Shown here piece after piece: positions 9,650-20,000 of a stretch of DNA of 64,000 nucleotides (position 1 is the stretch's first letter; each line of letters opens with the position of its first letter). Below the pieces are notes generated by a model, which made no database searches, had not been told where the DNA came from, and saw only the letters and a list, made by a program, of their open reading frames with translations. The translations under genes were made by a program, and so were the position numbers. This DNA is from a virus, in IMG/VR virus record IMGVR_UViG_3300025030_000061, positions 31,052-95,051 of that record. One strand, 5' to 3'.

Positions 9650-10172
9650 GGCGGATTCGGGGACTCTTAGGCTGCTTATTGCCGCGCTGTTGATTGCTAG
9701 ACCGAATAAGCCGCGGGAGCTGCGTCGGTACAAGGTCCGGCCGGTCGGTCATGACGACCAGTGGTGGAGCGAGTACGTGGCCACCTCTCCCTCGCAGGCA
9801 AAGTATCGGCACTGGCAGGCTATGGATTTCTACGATTCATTCTCGGAGTGCTTCATGGCGTTCGAGGTTCGTCTCGTCCCTGGTCCCCTTTGGCCGACCA
9901 CTGAAGCCTTCCGGGAAAATGCCCGGTACCGGGGGATTCCCTTCGCTTACTGCGGCATGCGGGTGGAGGTGGCCGGGAAGCCTGGGGTGATCGTCGGTCA
10001 CAACAGCTCCGCCAACCTGAATGTGCTCTTTGACGGCTGGGACCATCTGTCGAACTGCCATCCCTGGTGGAAGGTGAAATATTTCGACCGGGCCGGCGGG
10101 GTGATCGTGGAATACACGGAGGCGGACCGCGGCTGCGCGAAGGCCTACCGCGAGGGGGTGCGTCATGGGTGA
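9639..10172 (+). CDS. hypothetical phage protein
   Basis: GVIVGHNSSANLNVLFD...NCHPWW, coupled to neighbouring genes. Confidence 0.65.
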   Translation: MGSKADSGTLRLLIAALLIARPNKPRELRRYKVRPVGHDDQWWSEYVATSPSQAKYRHWQAMDFYDSFSECFMAFEVRLVPGPLWPTTEAFRENARYRGIPFAYCGMRVEVAGKPGVIVGHNSSANLNVLFDGWDHLSNCHPWWKVKYFDRAGGVIVEYTEADRGCAKAYREGVRHG

Positions 10173-10560
10173 GGCTCCTTTGCCGGAAAAGCTGGACAGG
10201 GAATTTGCGAGGGGGGAGTTCGGCGCTGCCGGGCTATCCTACGCGGATCTGGACCTGGTCGCGCTGCGTCTCCTGCGTCGCCTCATCAACCTGGAAATGA
10301 TACGCAGCGGGCTGATGAAGTCCTCCTACCGCTGCTACCGCGGGGTGGTATTCCAGAACGCCGGGACCGACCGGTTCTTCGCCGGGATCCGCTGCAGCGC
10401 CTTTTACTTCGATCGCCGGGAGGCCGTGAGCTTCAACCGGGACGGGTTCATCGGCTTCGCCGGCTGGTCCGATGATACGAACGTGCAGCCGATCCTCCGG
10501 GGCTTCGTGGCCTGGGTCGGGGAGATGAAAAAAGTAAGGGAGGTGGCGGGCGATGTCTGA
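10165..10560 (+). CDS. hypothetical phage protein
   Basis: YFDRREAVSFNRDGFIGFAGWSDDTNVQPI, a conserved-looking phage motif. Confidence 0.7.
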   Translation: MGEAPLPEKLDREFARGEFGAAGLSYADLDLVALRLLRRLINLEMIRSGLMKSSYRCYRGVVFQNAGTDRFFAGIRCSAFYFDRREAVSFNRDGFIGFAGWSDDTNVQPILRGFVAWVGEMKKVREVAGDV

Positions 10561-11218
10561 TCCGGTTACTGAAGAGAGCTTCTTGCGGTCGGTGTCCGGC
10601 CATGTCATGACCATCCTCGAGGAGGATGGCGTTCACCGTCGGATCCGCTTCTCGAAGCCGGATTCCTCGGATATGCACTTCTACCTGGTCACTTGGCCGG
10701 GCTACCTCTGCTACTGCGGGGATATGGGGACCTTCGTGTTCCAGCGACTGCACGATATGTTTGCCTTCTTCAGGAAGGAGTCTCCGCAAAACGTTTCTGC
10801 TCCCGATCTTGGCAAGCTGTTCATCAACACTGGATATTGGGGCGCGAAGTGCGTCGCGGTCGATAGCGTCGACGGGATCCGGGAGTACTCCCCGGATTCT
10901 TTCCGGAATGTCGTCAATGAGTGGCTGGCGGAGCAACTGGAGGATGAAGAGGACGCGGGTCTGAAGGAGGAGCTTACCGCTGCCGTTGCGGACGACCTGC
11001 TTTCCTGTGCCGAGGACGGGGAGGCTGCGGCTCGGAGTGCCGTGGACAACTTCTGTTTCAACTGGTTCAGTCGTACCTTCGAGATCGCAGATTTCTGGGA
11101 GGCCACCTTGACCGTTAAGACCCATCGGTTCCTCTGGTGCTGCTACGCGATCGCCTGGGGCATCCAGAAGTTTGACGAGGCGAAGGCCCACGAGGCGTCG
11201 CTGGACTCGGGCGCCTAA
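10553..11218 (+). CDS. hypothetical phage protein
   Basis: TWPGYLCYCGDMGTFVF...FLWCCYAIAWGIQKFD, a common phage hypothetical. Confidence 0.75.
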   Translation: MSDPVTEESFLRSVSGHVMTILEEDGVHRRIRFSKPDSSDMHFYLVTWPGYLCYCGDMGTFVFQRLHDMFAFFRKESPQNVSAPDLGKLFINTGYWGAKCVAVDSVDGIREYSPDSFRNVVNEWLAEQLEDEEDAGLKEELTAAVADDLLSCAEDGEAAARSAVDNFCFNWFSRTFEIADFWEATLTVKTHRFLWCCYAIAWGIQKFDEAKAHEASLDSGA

Positions 11219-11252
11219 TCATTCTGAGGCCGGGTCTTTCTCCTGGTGTAGG
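11219..11252 (+). promoter_or_regulatory. class A repeated motif
   Basis: TCATTC tgaggccg GGTCTTT ctcct GGTGTAGG. Confidence 0.7.
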
Positions 11253-11275
11253 TCATCTCGTACCAGGAGGGCATC

Positions 11276-11386
11276 ATGGAACCTTTAACGCCGGCTGAAA
11301 TCGGTTTGTTTTTCGCAGAGGGGCTTTTCACTGACGACGAGATCCGCGCCATGCTCGTTACTGCTGCAGCTGCTCGGGAGGTCTAG
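11276..11386 (+). CDS. small protein (36 aa)
   Basis: AGGAGG RBS. MEPLTPAEIGLFFAEGLFTDDEIRAMLVTAAAAREV. Confidence 0.5.
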   Translation: MEPLTPAEIGLFFAEGLFTDDEIRAMLVTAAAAREV

Positions 11387-11388
11387 CC

Positions 11389-11601
11389 ATGAATGGGCGG
11401 GAGCAGTTTGAAAATGAAATTGTGGCTTTGGTCAAGAGGCCGCATGTGTCGCAGATGGTGTCCGACATCTGCCTGGCCGTAGCTGCCTTGCACGCCGAGA
11501 CGCTCTGCGCTGACGAGGTGTTCTCTCTCTGTCTCGACCTGGAGCGCTCGGGTCGCATCTCCTTCATGATGACTGCCGACGGCAGCATCACCGTTTACTA
11601 A
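11389..11601 (+). CDS. hypothetical protein
   Basis: GGAGG RBS, 70 aa. Confidence 0.55.
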   Translation: MNGREQFENEIVALVKRPHVSQMVSDICLAVAALHAETLCADEVFSLCLDLERSGRISFMMTADGSITVY

Positions 11602-11617
11602 ATTTCCTGGAGGTATC

Positions 11618-14185
11618 ATGATTCTCAAGTCTATTCGTCTCCGCGGTTTTCGCGGGCTCCGCGGCCTCGGCATCCCCGAGGTCTTCCTGGATCTCTCCCA
11701 GCTCCCCGAGGAGGGACTGGTCGCCGTCTGCGGTGCCAATGGCGCCGGCAAGACGACGCTGCTGGACAACCTGCACCCCTACCGTCTGCAGCCGTTCAAA
11801 ATCCGCAAGGCTCCTGGTGGCTGGTCGCCGAATGCCTTCAACTACTACGACCAGTGCTTCGGGGCGGATGCCTGCAAAGAGTTGGTGTTCGAAATGGGGA
11901 GGCAGTTGTTCCGCTCGCTGATCCTCATCGACGCCGATCGCCGGAAACAGGAAGCTTATCTGTACCGCTGGGATGGCGGACATTGGGCGTCGCATGGCTC
12001 CAGCGACGGCAAGGTGAAAACCTATGACGAAGAGGTCGAGAAGCTCTGCGGGTCCCCGCAGCTGTTCTTCACCTCGGTCTTTCGTTGCCAGGGCGCCAAG
12101 AACCTCTCCGACTATACCCGGTCGTCGGTCCTGGCGATCATTTCGGAGCTGCTCAACGTCGATCACATCAAGGCGCAGTCAAAAAAATGCGGCGATGTCG
12201 CCGCAGGCTTGTCCTCTAGCCTGTCTTCTTTGCGTGACCGGGTGTCCGCCCTTACCTTGGAGGCCGAAGGCGCTACAGAACTTCTGGACGCGATTGCTCT
12301 CCTGGAGACGGAGTTGTCCACAAACCGGCTCGGGCTTGGTGCGGCTCGCAACGATCTGGACGAGGTTCGCCTGCTCATCACCGGGTACCGGGAAAATATC
12401 GCGGCGCAGGATTCGGAGATGGAGCGCAAGGGCCTTGTGGAGCGGTCGTTCTTCGACGAGAGGGACCGGAAGCAGTCGGCGGAGAACGAGTATTCCAATG
12501 CTCTCCTGGCGGTCGATCGTCGGATGGCCGCGTTGAAGACGGCACTGGAGGGTTGGCAGGCCAATCACGATACGCGATCCTCCCGCTTGGAGCAGGATGC
12601 CCGCACCGACCTGGACGCCATCTCGCGCCGGCGCATCGTGGCTTCCGAGTCGCACGCCTCTTGGCTGTCTCATGCCGAGACCGGTATCCAGGTCCGTATC
12701 GATCGGGCGGTGAGGATCGCCGGGGGCGCCGAGAAGATTCGAGCGCAGGTCCCGGTCGAGGAGAACCTTCAGCAGTGTCTCCGGCAGGATAAAAACCTGC
12801 TGCCGTCGCTGGAGCTGGCGCAGACGACCGCTTTCCAGGCCCACTCGAAGCATGGCCAGGATCTTAAGGTTCTCCGGCTTCGCCTCGAGGATTCCCGGAA
12901 GTCCGCCGACAACCTCAACGGCATCGATTGCACGCCGGACGAGTCGGGCTGGGTCAAGCCTTCCTGCCGGCTGATCGCTACTGCGGTTGTCGATCGGGAC
13001 CGTGTCGTCACCTTGGAGGAGCAGATTGCCGCGGCCGTAGCTGGTGCTCCTGCGGTCGAATCTGCCCTGGTGCAGGCTAATGCGGATCTGGCCGATTGCC
13101 GTGCCGCGATAATCAACAACGAGGCTGCCCTGGTGGAGGCGCAGAAGTTCACGCGGCTCCTCCCGGAACTGGAGACGGCCGAGGCCAATCTTGCGGCCTG
13201 GGGCAAGGAGGTCACCGATCGTGCCGCGCAGCTTGCCTTGGAGCTGGCCGGTCTGGAGCAAGAGAAGGTGGCCCGGGAGGTGCTGTTGACCAGCGACCGG
13301 GCTATGCTGGAGGATCTGCGGGCAGAGCATCTTGGCAAGCACGATGCCGACCTAGCGGCGATCGCATTGGAGCGGTCCCAGGCGGTTGAGAAATGGAAGG
13401 CGGATGCTCTGGCCTTCGACGGCCGCATGGATACGCTGCGCCAGCAGATTGCCGCGTTCCCTCCGGTCGTTACCGACCTGGCCAGTCTGCTTCGCGGCGC
13501 GGTGCTCACCGAGACTGCGGGCCTTGCCTCGGTAGATGGTTTCGACAAGCGGATTCGCGAGATCGAGCTGGACATTACCGCGCAGCGGACCAAGCTGCAG
13601 GCGGCGCAGGTGAAGGGCTCCGAGCTGGCAGAACTGCAACCGCAGCTCGACAGGTACTTGGCGCAGATCACTCGGTTCTCTCTCCTGCAGCGGGCCTGCT
13701 CTAACGATGGCATCATCTCCCTGGAGCTGGACGACGCCTCGCCGTCGATCGCTGCCCTGGTGAACGATCTCCTTCGCGCCTGCTACGGCTCGCGCTTCAC
13801 CATCCGCCTGGATACGCAGGCAGCGAAGCAGGATGGCGATATGAAGGATGTCTTCGATATCATCGTCTTCGACTCGGAGACGGGGGAGGAGTCGTCCATC
13901 ACCGAGAAAAGCGGAGGCCAAGTTACGATAATTGAAGACGCCATTACGTCTGCCATTTGTTTGTACAACATCCATCGGAGTGATCGGGTGTACGGAACTC
14001 GCTACACCGATGAACGCGATGGTGCGCTAGATCCCGAACGAAAACTGGAATACCTCAAAGTGAAGCGAGAGGCGCTCCGTGTTGGCAGCCATAGCAGAGA
14101 GATATTTATCAGCCAAACCCCGGATCTTGTAGAGCTGGCGGACGCACGGATAGTTCTTGCTCCTGGCGGGGTTCGTATCTGCTAG
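11618..14185 (+). CDS. sbcC: SbcC/Rad50-like SMC ATPase
   Basis: Walker A GANGAGKTT, long coiled coil, signature KSGGQ, Walker B/D-loop TDERDGALD. Confidence 0.9.
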   Translation: MILKSIRLRGFRGLRGLGIPEVFLDLSQLPEEGLVAVCGANGAGKTTLLDNLHPYRLQPFKIRKAPGGWSPNAFNYYDQCFGADACKELVFEMGRQLFRSLILIDADRRKQEAYLYRWDGGHWASHGSSDGKVKTYDEEVEKLCGSPQLFFTSVFRCQGAKNLSDYTRSSVLAIISELLNVDHIKAQSKKCGDVAAGLSSSLSSLRDRVSALTLEAEGATELLDAIALLETELSTNRLGLGAARNDLDEVRLLITGYRENIAAQDSEMERKGLVERSFFDERDRKQSAENEYSNALLAVDRRMAALKTALEGWQANHDTRSSRLEQDARTDLDAISRRRIVASESHASWLSHAETGIQVRIDRAVRIAGGAEKIRAQVPVEENLQQCLRQDKNLLPSLELAQTTAFQAHSKHGQDLKVLRLRLEDSRKSADNLNGIDCTPDESGWVKPSCRLIATAVVDRDRVVTLEEQIAAAVAGAPAVESALVQANADLADCRAAIINNEAALVEAQKFTRLLPELETAEANLAAWGKEVTDRAAQLALELAGLEQEKVAREVLLTSDRAMLEDLRAEHLGKHDADLAAIALERSQAVEKWKADALAFDGRMDTLRQQIAAFPPVVTDLASLLRGAVLTETAGLASVDGFDKRIREIELDITAQRTKLQAAQVKGSELAELQPQLDRYLAQITRFSLLQRACSNDGIISLELDDASPSIAALVNDLLRACYGSRFTIRLDTQAAKQDGDMKDVFDIIVFDSETGEESSITEKSGGQVTIIEDAITSAICLYNIHRSDRVYGTRYTDERDGALDPERKLEYLKVKREALRVGSHSREIFISQTPDLVELADARIVLAPGGVRIC

Positions 14186-14203
14186 GTTGTTGTCCGCAAC
14201 AAG

Positions 14204-14238
14204 AAAACCCCCAGGGCCTCGTCGCCTTGGGGGTTTTT
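14204..14238 (+). terminator. intrinsic terminator of the left-arm operon
   Basis: AAAACCCCCAGG...CCTTGGGGGTTTTT. Confidence 0.8.
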
Positions 14239-14308
14239 GCGTTTATGGTACCATTAACCGCAGGATGAATCGCCTCGTCACACATTTCGTCAACCTGAAT
14301 TTTAGGCA

Positions 14309-14344
14309 TAAAAAAAGGGCTCAGCCCCTAGGAGCTAAACCCTT
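14309..14344 (-). terminator. intrinsic terminator downstream of the tRNA fragment
   Basis: On the - strand: AAGGGTTTAGC...GCTGAGCCCTTTTTTT. Confidence 0.7.
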
Positions 14345-14355
14345 GTTATCAGTCA

Positions 14356-14408
14356 TGGTGCCGGAGGTCGGAATCGAACCGACACGGGTTGCCCCGCTGG
14401 ATTTTGAG
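14356..14408 (-). mobile_element. attP core: 3' half of tRNA-Leu(CAA), anticodon loop to CCA
   Basis: Reverse complement CTCAAAATCCAGCGGGGCAACCCGTGTCGGTTCGATTCCGACCTCCGGCACCA has the CAA loop, long variable arm, T-arm and CCA. The 5' half is absent. Confidence 0.85.
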
Positions 14409-14603
14409 ATATGTGCGAAATGACCCTTTCCCGGCTAACTAATTGAGTTTACAGGTACAAAATCCAATCATTATAGGTGTTTGTAAAATTATTCCGCGTC
14501 ATTGAACGCCTTTAATATCGGACACTTATTACATTTTATGCCAGGTTAGCGAAGCTTGCATTCGTCAACATTTTCGTCAACTTATTCATTCGCATTGGGT
14601 GAT

Positions 14604-15119
14604 TTACGGCAGCATCGAAGCCGGGATGCTGTTATCTCCCGTGGTTAGCGCGGGTGAGGTGGTGACGGTTTTCGGCACCTCGATGGTCACGCGGTTGCCG
14701 TCTCCTGTGATGGTGCAATTAACGGTGGAACACCCATGGAGCAGTGCAATCGCCAGAAGTGCGGCCACTTTAAACATGCCATTCTCCCGGGCTTTGCCAC
14801 CCCCACAAAGCCATGTGGCCCAAAACCACCTCTTGCTCTGCCAGTAGCGCCCCTCCTCGACCAGTATGTCCTGCAGTACCTGGGAGCACTGCCAATTACT
14901 GAGAGGGGTGCCATCGTCCCACGTGCCATTCCTGCACAGTTCGTCATGCACCCACCAGCTGCGCGACGTGATGTCCATGGCACCGGTCGCGCCGTCGCTT
15001 ATCCGGTTGGCTGGGATGTTGACGGATTTGCCGTACCTGTAGGAGTAGTATTCAAACCCTTTGTTTAACGTGTAGGTGCCGTCGTTGTTGATACTTTGGT
15101 CGATTTCGAAGCTTTTCAT
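14604..15119 (-). CDS. DUF1353-like protein with an in-frame C-terminal lipoprotein-like segment
   Basis: SDGATG...WWVHDELC. Internal MFKVAALLAIALLHGC at 14777 with a GGGAG RBS. Confidence 0.6.
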   Translation of the reverse strand: MKSFEIDQSINNDGTYTLNKGFEYYSYRYGKSVNIPANRISDGATGAMDITSRSWWVHDELCRNGTWDDGTPLSNWQCSQVLQDILVEEGRYWQSKRWFWATWLCGGGKARENGMFKVAALLAIALLHGCSTVNCTITGDGNRVTIEVPKTVTTSPALTTGDNSIPASMLP

Positions 15120-15274
15120 TTGACCTCCTTCAATTCAATAATTCTATCTGTAGCCACGTGCAATTTATTTAGCGTCCGTTCTGCCGCCATTTTCAGGTCC
15201 AGACTGACCGATTCGCCGTGAACGAGGTATGCAAGGTTTGCCGCTGCGGTGATTGCATCAACAATCGATCTCAT
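15116..15274 (-). CDS. small hypothetical protein
   Basis: AGGAG RBS, MRSIVDAIT, ATGA coupling. Confidence 0.5.
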   Translation of the reverse strand: MRSIVDAITAAANLAYLVHGESVSLDLKMAAERTLNKLHVATDRIIELKEVK

Positions 15275-15282
15275 GGCGACTC

Positions 15283-15456
15283 CTATTTCTGCGCAGCCTC
15301 GTTTCGTTGTCGGCAGTTGCGGCACTCCACCGGATTGCGTTTACGGCAAGGATCCGATCCCGGCTGGTGGATACAATGCCCCATGGCATAGCTGCAATAC
15401 ACCCCACCGCGTGTGCCGTAACTCTCCAGCATCTTGATGCGCTGGCTATCCTCCAT
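15283..15456 (-). CDS. small Cys-rich protein (57 aa)
   Basis: GAGGAGG RBS. MEDSQRIKML...CSYAMGHC...C...CRNC. Confidence 0.5.
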   Translation of the reverse strand: MEDSQRIKMLESYGTRGGVYCSYAMGHCIHQPGSDPCRKRNPVECRNCRQRNEAAQK

Positions 15457-15459
15457 GCG

Positions 15460-15627
15460 TCACCTCCTCACATCAAATCGCATCTCTGCGCCAACATTCC
15501 ACGCCGTTGTCCCCTCGCGGAACAGCTCCGAGGTCTGCCGGCCAACTGAAGCGCGGTAGGTCGTGCCTGAGAGCACCTGAGAGCATGCCGGGAGGGTGCA
15601 GACGACAAGGATCAGCAGGATCCTCAT
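15460..15627 (-). CDS. small lipoprotein (55 aa), possible spanin component
   Basis: MRILLILVVCTLPAC lipobox, coupled to the endolysin stop. Confidence 0.55.
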   Translation of the reverse strand: MRILLILVVCTLPACSQVLSGTTYRASVGRQTSELFREGTTAWNVGAEMRFDVRR

Positions 15628-16250
15628 TTGTGGGCCATCGCTTCATACTCATGCACGCTGCGCGTCACTTCGACTTTCATCCGCCTCGCCCACGTGTCCA
15701 GGAACTGCATCTGTGCCGGGTTGTGGTCTACGATCTGGATGTACCGGCCATGCGTCAAGCCGACTAGATGAACGAAGAGTAGCGTTTGATCTACCTCGTT
15801 CAACCGCTTCACTGTCCCCCTACCGATGTTGCCGTCTACAGCAATGGGCGGTCTCGGCCATCCGGCGTAGTTGATCGATCGCTGTAAGATCCTCGCAGCG
15901 GTCCCTTGGCCCTGGTTGACTGCCCAGCCAAAATAGACGTTGGCGATGATCTGTGAGCGCCACTCGTCGCAGCGGGAAGCGCCCCAGAAATCGTTGCGGT
16001 AGATGAACGCGGCCCGGTCCATGGTGAGGTTGCGGATGTCCTCTCGGGGATAGCTGGATGCGGCGACGCCATACTTTGTCCCCCGGAGCTCGCCATTGCC
16101 AATAGCGCCACCGGTCCAGTTGCCCCGGTCGCCGCGCATGTTCTGGTATCCACCCTCATGGGCAAAGGTCGCCTTGAGTGCCGGCCGAATATCAGCGGCA
16201 TGGGCGGGTACGGCAAACATCATCAGCATCATTAAAATCAAGATACGCAT
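15624..16250 (-). CDS. glycoside hydrolase family 108 endolysin with N-terminal signal peptide
   Basis: HEGGY...DRG...TKYGV and a PG-binding VDGNIG region. Signal MRILILMMLMMFAVPAHA. Confidence 0.9.
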   Translation of the reverse strand: MRILILMMLMMFAVPAHAADIRPALKATFAHEGGYQNMRGDRGNWTGGAIGNGELRGTKYGVAASSYPREDIRNLTMDRAAFIYRNDFWGASRCDEWRSQIIANVYFGWAVNQGQGTAARILQRSINYAGWPRPPIAVDGNIGRGTVKRLNEVDQTLLFVHLVGLTHGRYIQIVDHNPAQMQFLDTWARRMKVEVTRSVHEYEAMAHK

Positions 16251-16268
16251 ACTTCCTCCTCGCTTAGT

Positions 16269-16424
16269 TCATTCCTCAATCCAATCCGACAGGCACCGGC
16301 ACAGGTAGTGGAGGTGCGGCTTGCTCGACTGTGCGGTGTTACACCAGCCGCACCATTGGCCGTCCGGCTCATGGAACACCGGGGTGACCAGCGCTCCGCA
16401 TGTCGGGCATTCCGCAGGTTCCAC
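16269..16424 (-). CDS. small Zn-ribbon protein (51 aa)
   Basis: GTG start after AGGAGG. CPTC...CGWC. Confidence 0.45.
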   Translation of the reverse strand: MEPAECPTCGALVTPVFHEPDGQWCGWCNTAQSSKPHLHYLCRCLSDWIEE

Positions 16425-16433
16425 GATTGCCTC

Positions 16434-17030
16434 CTACCACTCGATCAAAACGCTGCCGGGTTGGCCATCTGTCGCAACTGAAGTAGCGTAACCACCCCCG
16501 CCGATGGTGATTGCAATCGGGTTCGCGACCGTAAAATTCCCCGTCACGGTCCCCTTGATATATCCGCCACGCGCCCCTGGAGCTGCCAATAGCTCATCAT
16601 CAGGCTCTCCGCCGAAATTTCCGGCGCCATCGGTCTGTGTGATTGCAGAGACTGCCCCTGTGTATGATTGACTACCGGCAACAGCCACGGCGTAGGGGTT
16701 ATCAGAATCGCCGCCCGCGCCGCCGTTAGCTGTCATGGACCACCCTGACCTGCTAACTGTGGTATTCGCCCCTAGTGAGCCGTCGTGCTGGCCGAAATTC
16801 TGTCCACCACCGCCGCCCGAACCTTTGACGGTGATCGTGACCGGGATTACGCAGGTACCCATGTTGCCGGATAGACCGGTGGGCCAGTTGCCAGATGCTG
16901 TGATTGATGAGCTGCCGTGCAGCGTCGTTGGGGGGGTGCATTTAAGCGCTGATGTAAACCTCCGCGCTGATGGTCCTGCCCAACAGAGAGAGGGAAGCAG
17001 CAGGAGGATAATAAGGAGTCGTGCCAGCAT
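16434..17030 (-). CDS. glycine-rich tail-fibre-associated protein with signal peptide
   Basis: GSGGGGG, ANGGAGG, GARGGYI, GQPGSVLIEW Gly-rich domain. Signal MLARLLIILLLLPSLCWA. Confidence 0.7.
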   Translation of the reverse strand: MLARLLIILLLLPSLCWAGPSARRFTSALKCTPPTTLHGSSSITASGNWPTGLSGNMGTCVIPVTITVKGSGGGGGQNFGQHDGSLGANTTVSRSGWSMTANGGAGGDSDNPYAVAVAGSQSYTGAVSAITQTDGAGNFGGEPDDELLAAPGARGGYIKGTVTGNFTVANPIAITIGGGGYATSVATDGQPGSVLIEW

Positions 17031-20000
17031 TAATAGTTCCTCCCGCCGTCCGCGCCCATCGTATATGTGCTGGTCGAGTCCGACTTGAACACGTAGATGT
17101 CATATTTGCCGCTAGCGCTGGTTGATGTCGGCGCTGAACCGCCGCTCCATTTGATCGTTCCACCGCCCGCCCATGTGACAGTGTGCGTGCCGCCGTATTT
17201 GACCGTGATCGTGAATGATTTTCCGGCAACGGGCGTCGGCAGAGTGATAGTCACATTTGCATTAGTCGTCAGCTCCTGGTCCATGCCGTTCGCCAAGTCG
17301 ACGGTGAAGGATGACCCTGCCGATGGAGCGTAGGTGGTGTCTTTGAATTGCTGGCCGGTGATCGTAGTGCCAGTAACCGCCCCTGGGGTCGTGCCACCGA
17401 TTGCGCCGGGGGCGGCAAGGTTTGGAATGTCGGTTGTATAGGCCATCGTTTTACGGGTAGGGCCGGTCGTTTGAGTGACGAATAGGTTTGTCCCATCCCA
17501 CTCGACTGCTCCGGCCTCTGCGGCTGTCAGGTTGGTCCCCGCCGTAAACTTAAGTGGAGAGGTGCTGGCCGTGGCGGTACCGGCCTTGAGGTGCAGTGCC
17601 GATGTTGGTGTAGTAATGCCTATACCCACGTTGCCGGTGTCGCCCTTAATGCGAAACCGAGAGGTCATAGACCCGTTGCCGCCGATTGTGCCGAGGTAGA
17701 TGGTCATATCGGTCTGCTGATCAGCGTCCGTGTACGCGGCAGAAGCGTCGGCTTGAATCGAAATCCCATTTTTGAGGCCGGTATCCCCGTAGCCATAACC
17801 CAACAGTGAGAAAACCCGCATGCCGGATGCTAGGGCAAGTGGAGAGGCCGCAGTACCACGACCGTTTTGGACTTGTATGGAGGGAAATCCGCCGTAGCCG
17901 GTCGCACCAGTGCCGTCCCAGTTCCGCACTAGAAGTTTGGGGTATTTGGCGGAAGAGTCCGAGCTATTTACTGCAAGAATCTCGACACTTTGGTTCGTCT
18001 GGTATGTCTGGATGGTGCCTATGTCCGAGACGGTGACGCCACTGGATCTCTGTGCGAGCTTGCCGGTGGTGCTGTCAAACCTTACGATCTCATTGTCCCC
18101 AGCAGATGCCGGCCCAACCATGTCCCCGCTGCCAGAGCCCATCGACTCGATTTTGTCCCTGATGGCATTTTTGGAGGGCGCCGTCGTGGTATCTCCATCC
18201 CAAGATGTGGCGTCATAGGCGGTGTTACTGATGGCGGTTGCTGCGTTTGTCACTGTCTCCCATGTCCCTGGTGTTCCGGCTACGACGCATCGCCACCCGA
18301 GCGCGGAGCCTGCAGTCTGGTTGCTATTGTGGACAAAATCGTTGAGATCCCAGGTAAAACTGGTCGGAGCTGCCGCAGCAAACATGCGGTCCCCTTGAAT
18401 GGTGCATCCCTTCCATGACACACCAGATAGGTAGTTATTGGCGTATTTCACTGCCTGTTCATCTGCATAAAATGGAGATGCGGTCGCAATGGCATCGATA
18501 TCCGTGGAAGCATTGCGCACCAGAGGGATTCCTGCGGTGTCCGCAGTGATCGTGTTGCCGGTGAGCGGCAGGGTGGTCAGTGTTCTCTCGCCGACGATAA
18601 AAATGTTGCCGCTGGTGTCACTGTTCGCCAGGCGCATCGTATTGCCGGAAAACACACCTTTTCCGTTCCTGATCGACGCCAGTCCTACGACCGATGCGCC
18701 AGTGATGGTATTACCAGTGGCTTCCCACTGTTCAAGATTGCTGTGAGCGTCAATAGCTGTGGAAAAGTAAGCGTGCTGCGCTCCGGAAATTGTCAGTTCT
18801 TGCCCGTACTGCGCCGGGTCTTGCCAAAGGATTGAGTTCTTGACCACGTTGTTGTTGCTGATGATGCTGCGATCTGCCCCTAGTGCCACGTCATGTTTGC
18901 AGTTAGTGACGATGGCTCGGTCTATCGTGATGTTTGTCCCTGACGCCGCAATGCCGTACCCCATGCGCCCACCCGACACGCCGATTTTGTTCAGGTAACC
19001 GGTCGAATAGATGTCCTCCAAGACAAGGTTGTTCCCGGTCACGGCGAGACCCGCGGCAGCGTTATCCGCACCGAGAAAGTCGCAGTTCCTGATGGTCACG
19101 TTAGAAGCGTACAGGCTCGCGCTGGTAATCGCTGTAGTGGCCGAACGGCTATCAAAAACCAGATCCTCTATTAATCCGTCATGCATACCGACGAACACGT
19201 CCATGGTCGCGGCGGTGATGGTATTGAGAGGCGGGATGTCCATGGTCGCAGTTGAACCAGACACCGACACTACCTGAGCCATGTGCCCCGCGTAGTAGTT
19301 GTAAAGATACGGCGCAGCGGGAATTAACCGGACCATGTCACCAGCAACGACTGTAATTCCGCCTGGGATGGTGAATGTCAGCGAATCCTTGGTCACAGCA
19401 ATGCTCTGGCCAGTGTTATTGCTCAACAGACCATAAGCGGAGAGCAGCCCGTATGCCGTATTGTTCCCGTAGATACGCGATCCGTAGCCGTGGATCTCCC
19501 CGCCGGTGATCCCTGCGAATGACAGCGTGTTGGTACCGATGTTGTAGGACTGCTCGACTCCGAAATTCACGCTGGTGCCGGCTTTGATCCTGTTAACCAG
19601 GGACTGGATGTTCTGGTAGTCATCAGATCCATCACCAAGCGCCTGCCACTCGATGTCTATTTCGTGGACCCTATCGCCCCACAGGATTGATCCTGAGATA
19701 AACCCTGAGAGGCAGCGCTGTTCTGGGAAATCTGTAGGACCATTGATAGTGAGGATGCCGCCGTTTCTCTGGATTAACGCGCCGGGTTGTAACCTCAGCG
19801 TTACGTTCTCTGGGATCGTTATATTGCTGGCCATGACCCATGTCCCAGTCGTGAGCACCAGAGTTTTGACCGTGGCGCCGATAGCAGTGATGGCCGCGTT
19901 AATGGTTGCCGAGGTGAGCGTTCCGCCGTTGTAGTCAATGGCGTACACCTCGTTATCCACATCTCCCGGCTGCAGCGCCGTCTCAGCCAACGCCCCCTGC

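Larger units (their letters stand above)
14275..14581. repeat. paired TCGTCA(AC) direct repeats on both sides of the att core (putative integrase arm sites)
   Basis: tcgtcacacatttcgtcaac at ~14275-14294 and ttcgtcaacattttcgtcaac at ~14561-14581. Confidence 0.6.

Noticed and set aside
7844-9733. 629-aa ORF on the - strand
   Set aside because: Antisense shadow of sbcD and neighbouring genes.
14356-14450. Complete tRNA-Leu gene
   Set aside because: The D-arm and 5' acceptor strand are missing, so it is an att core only.
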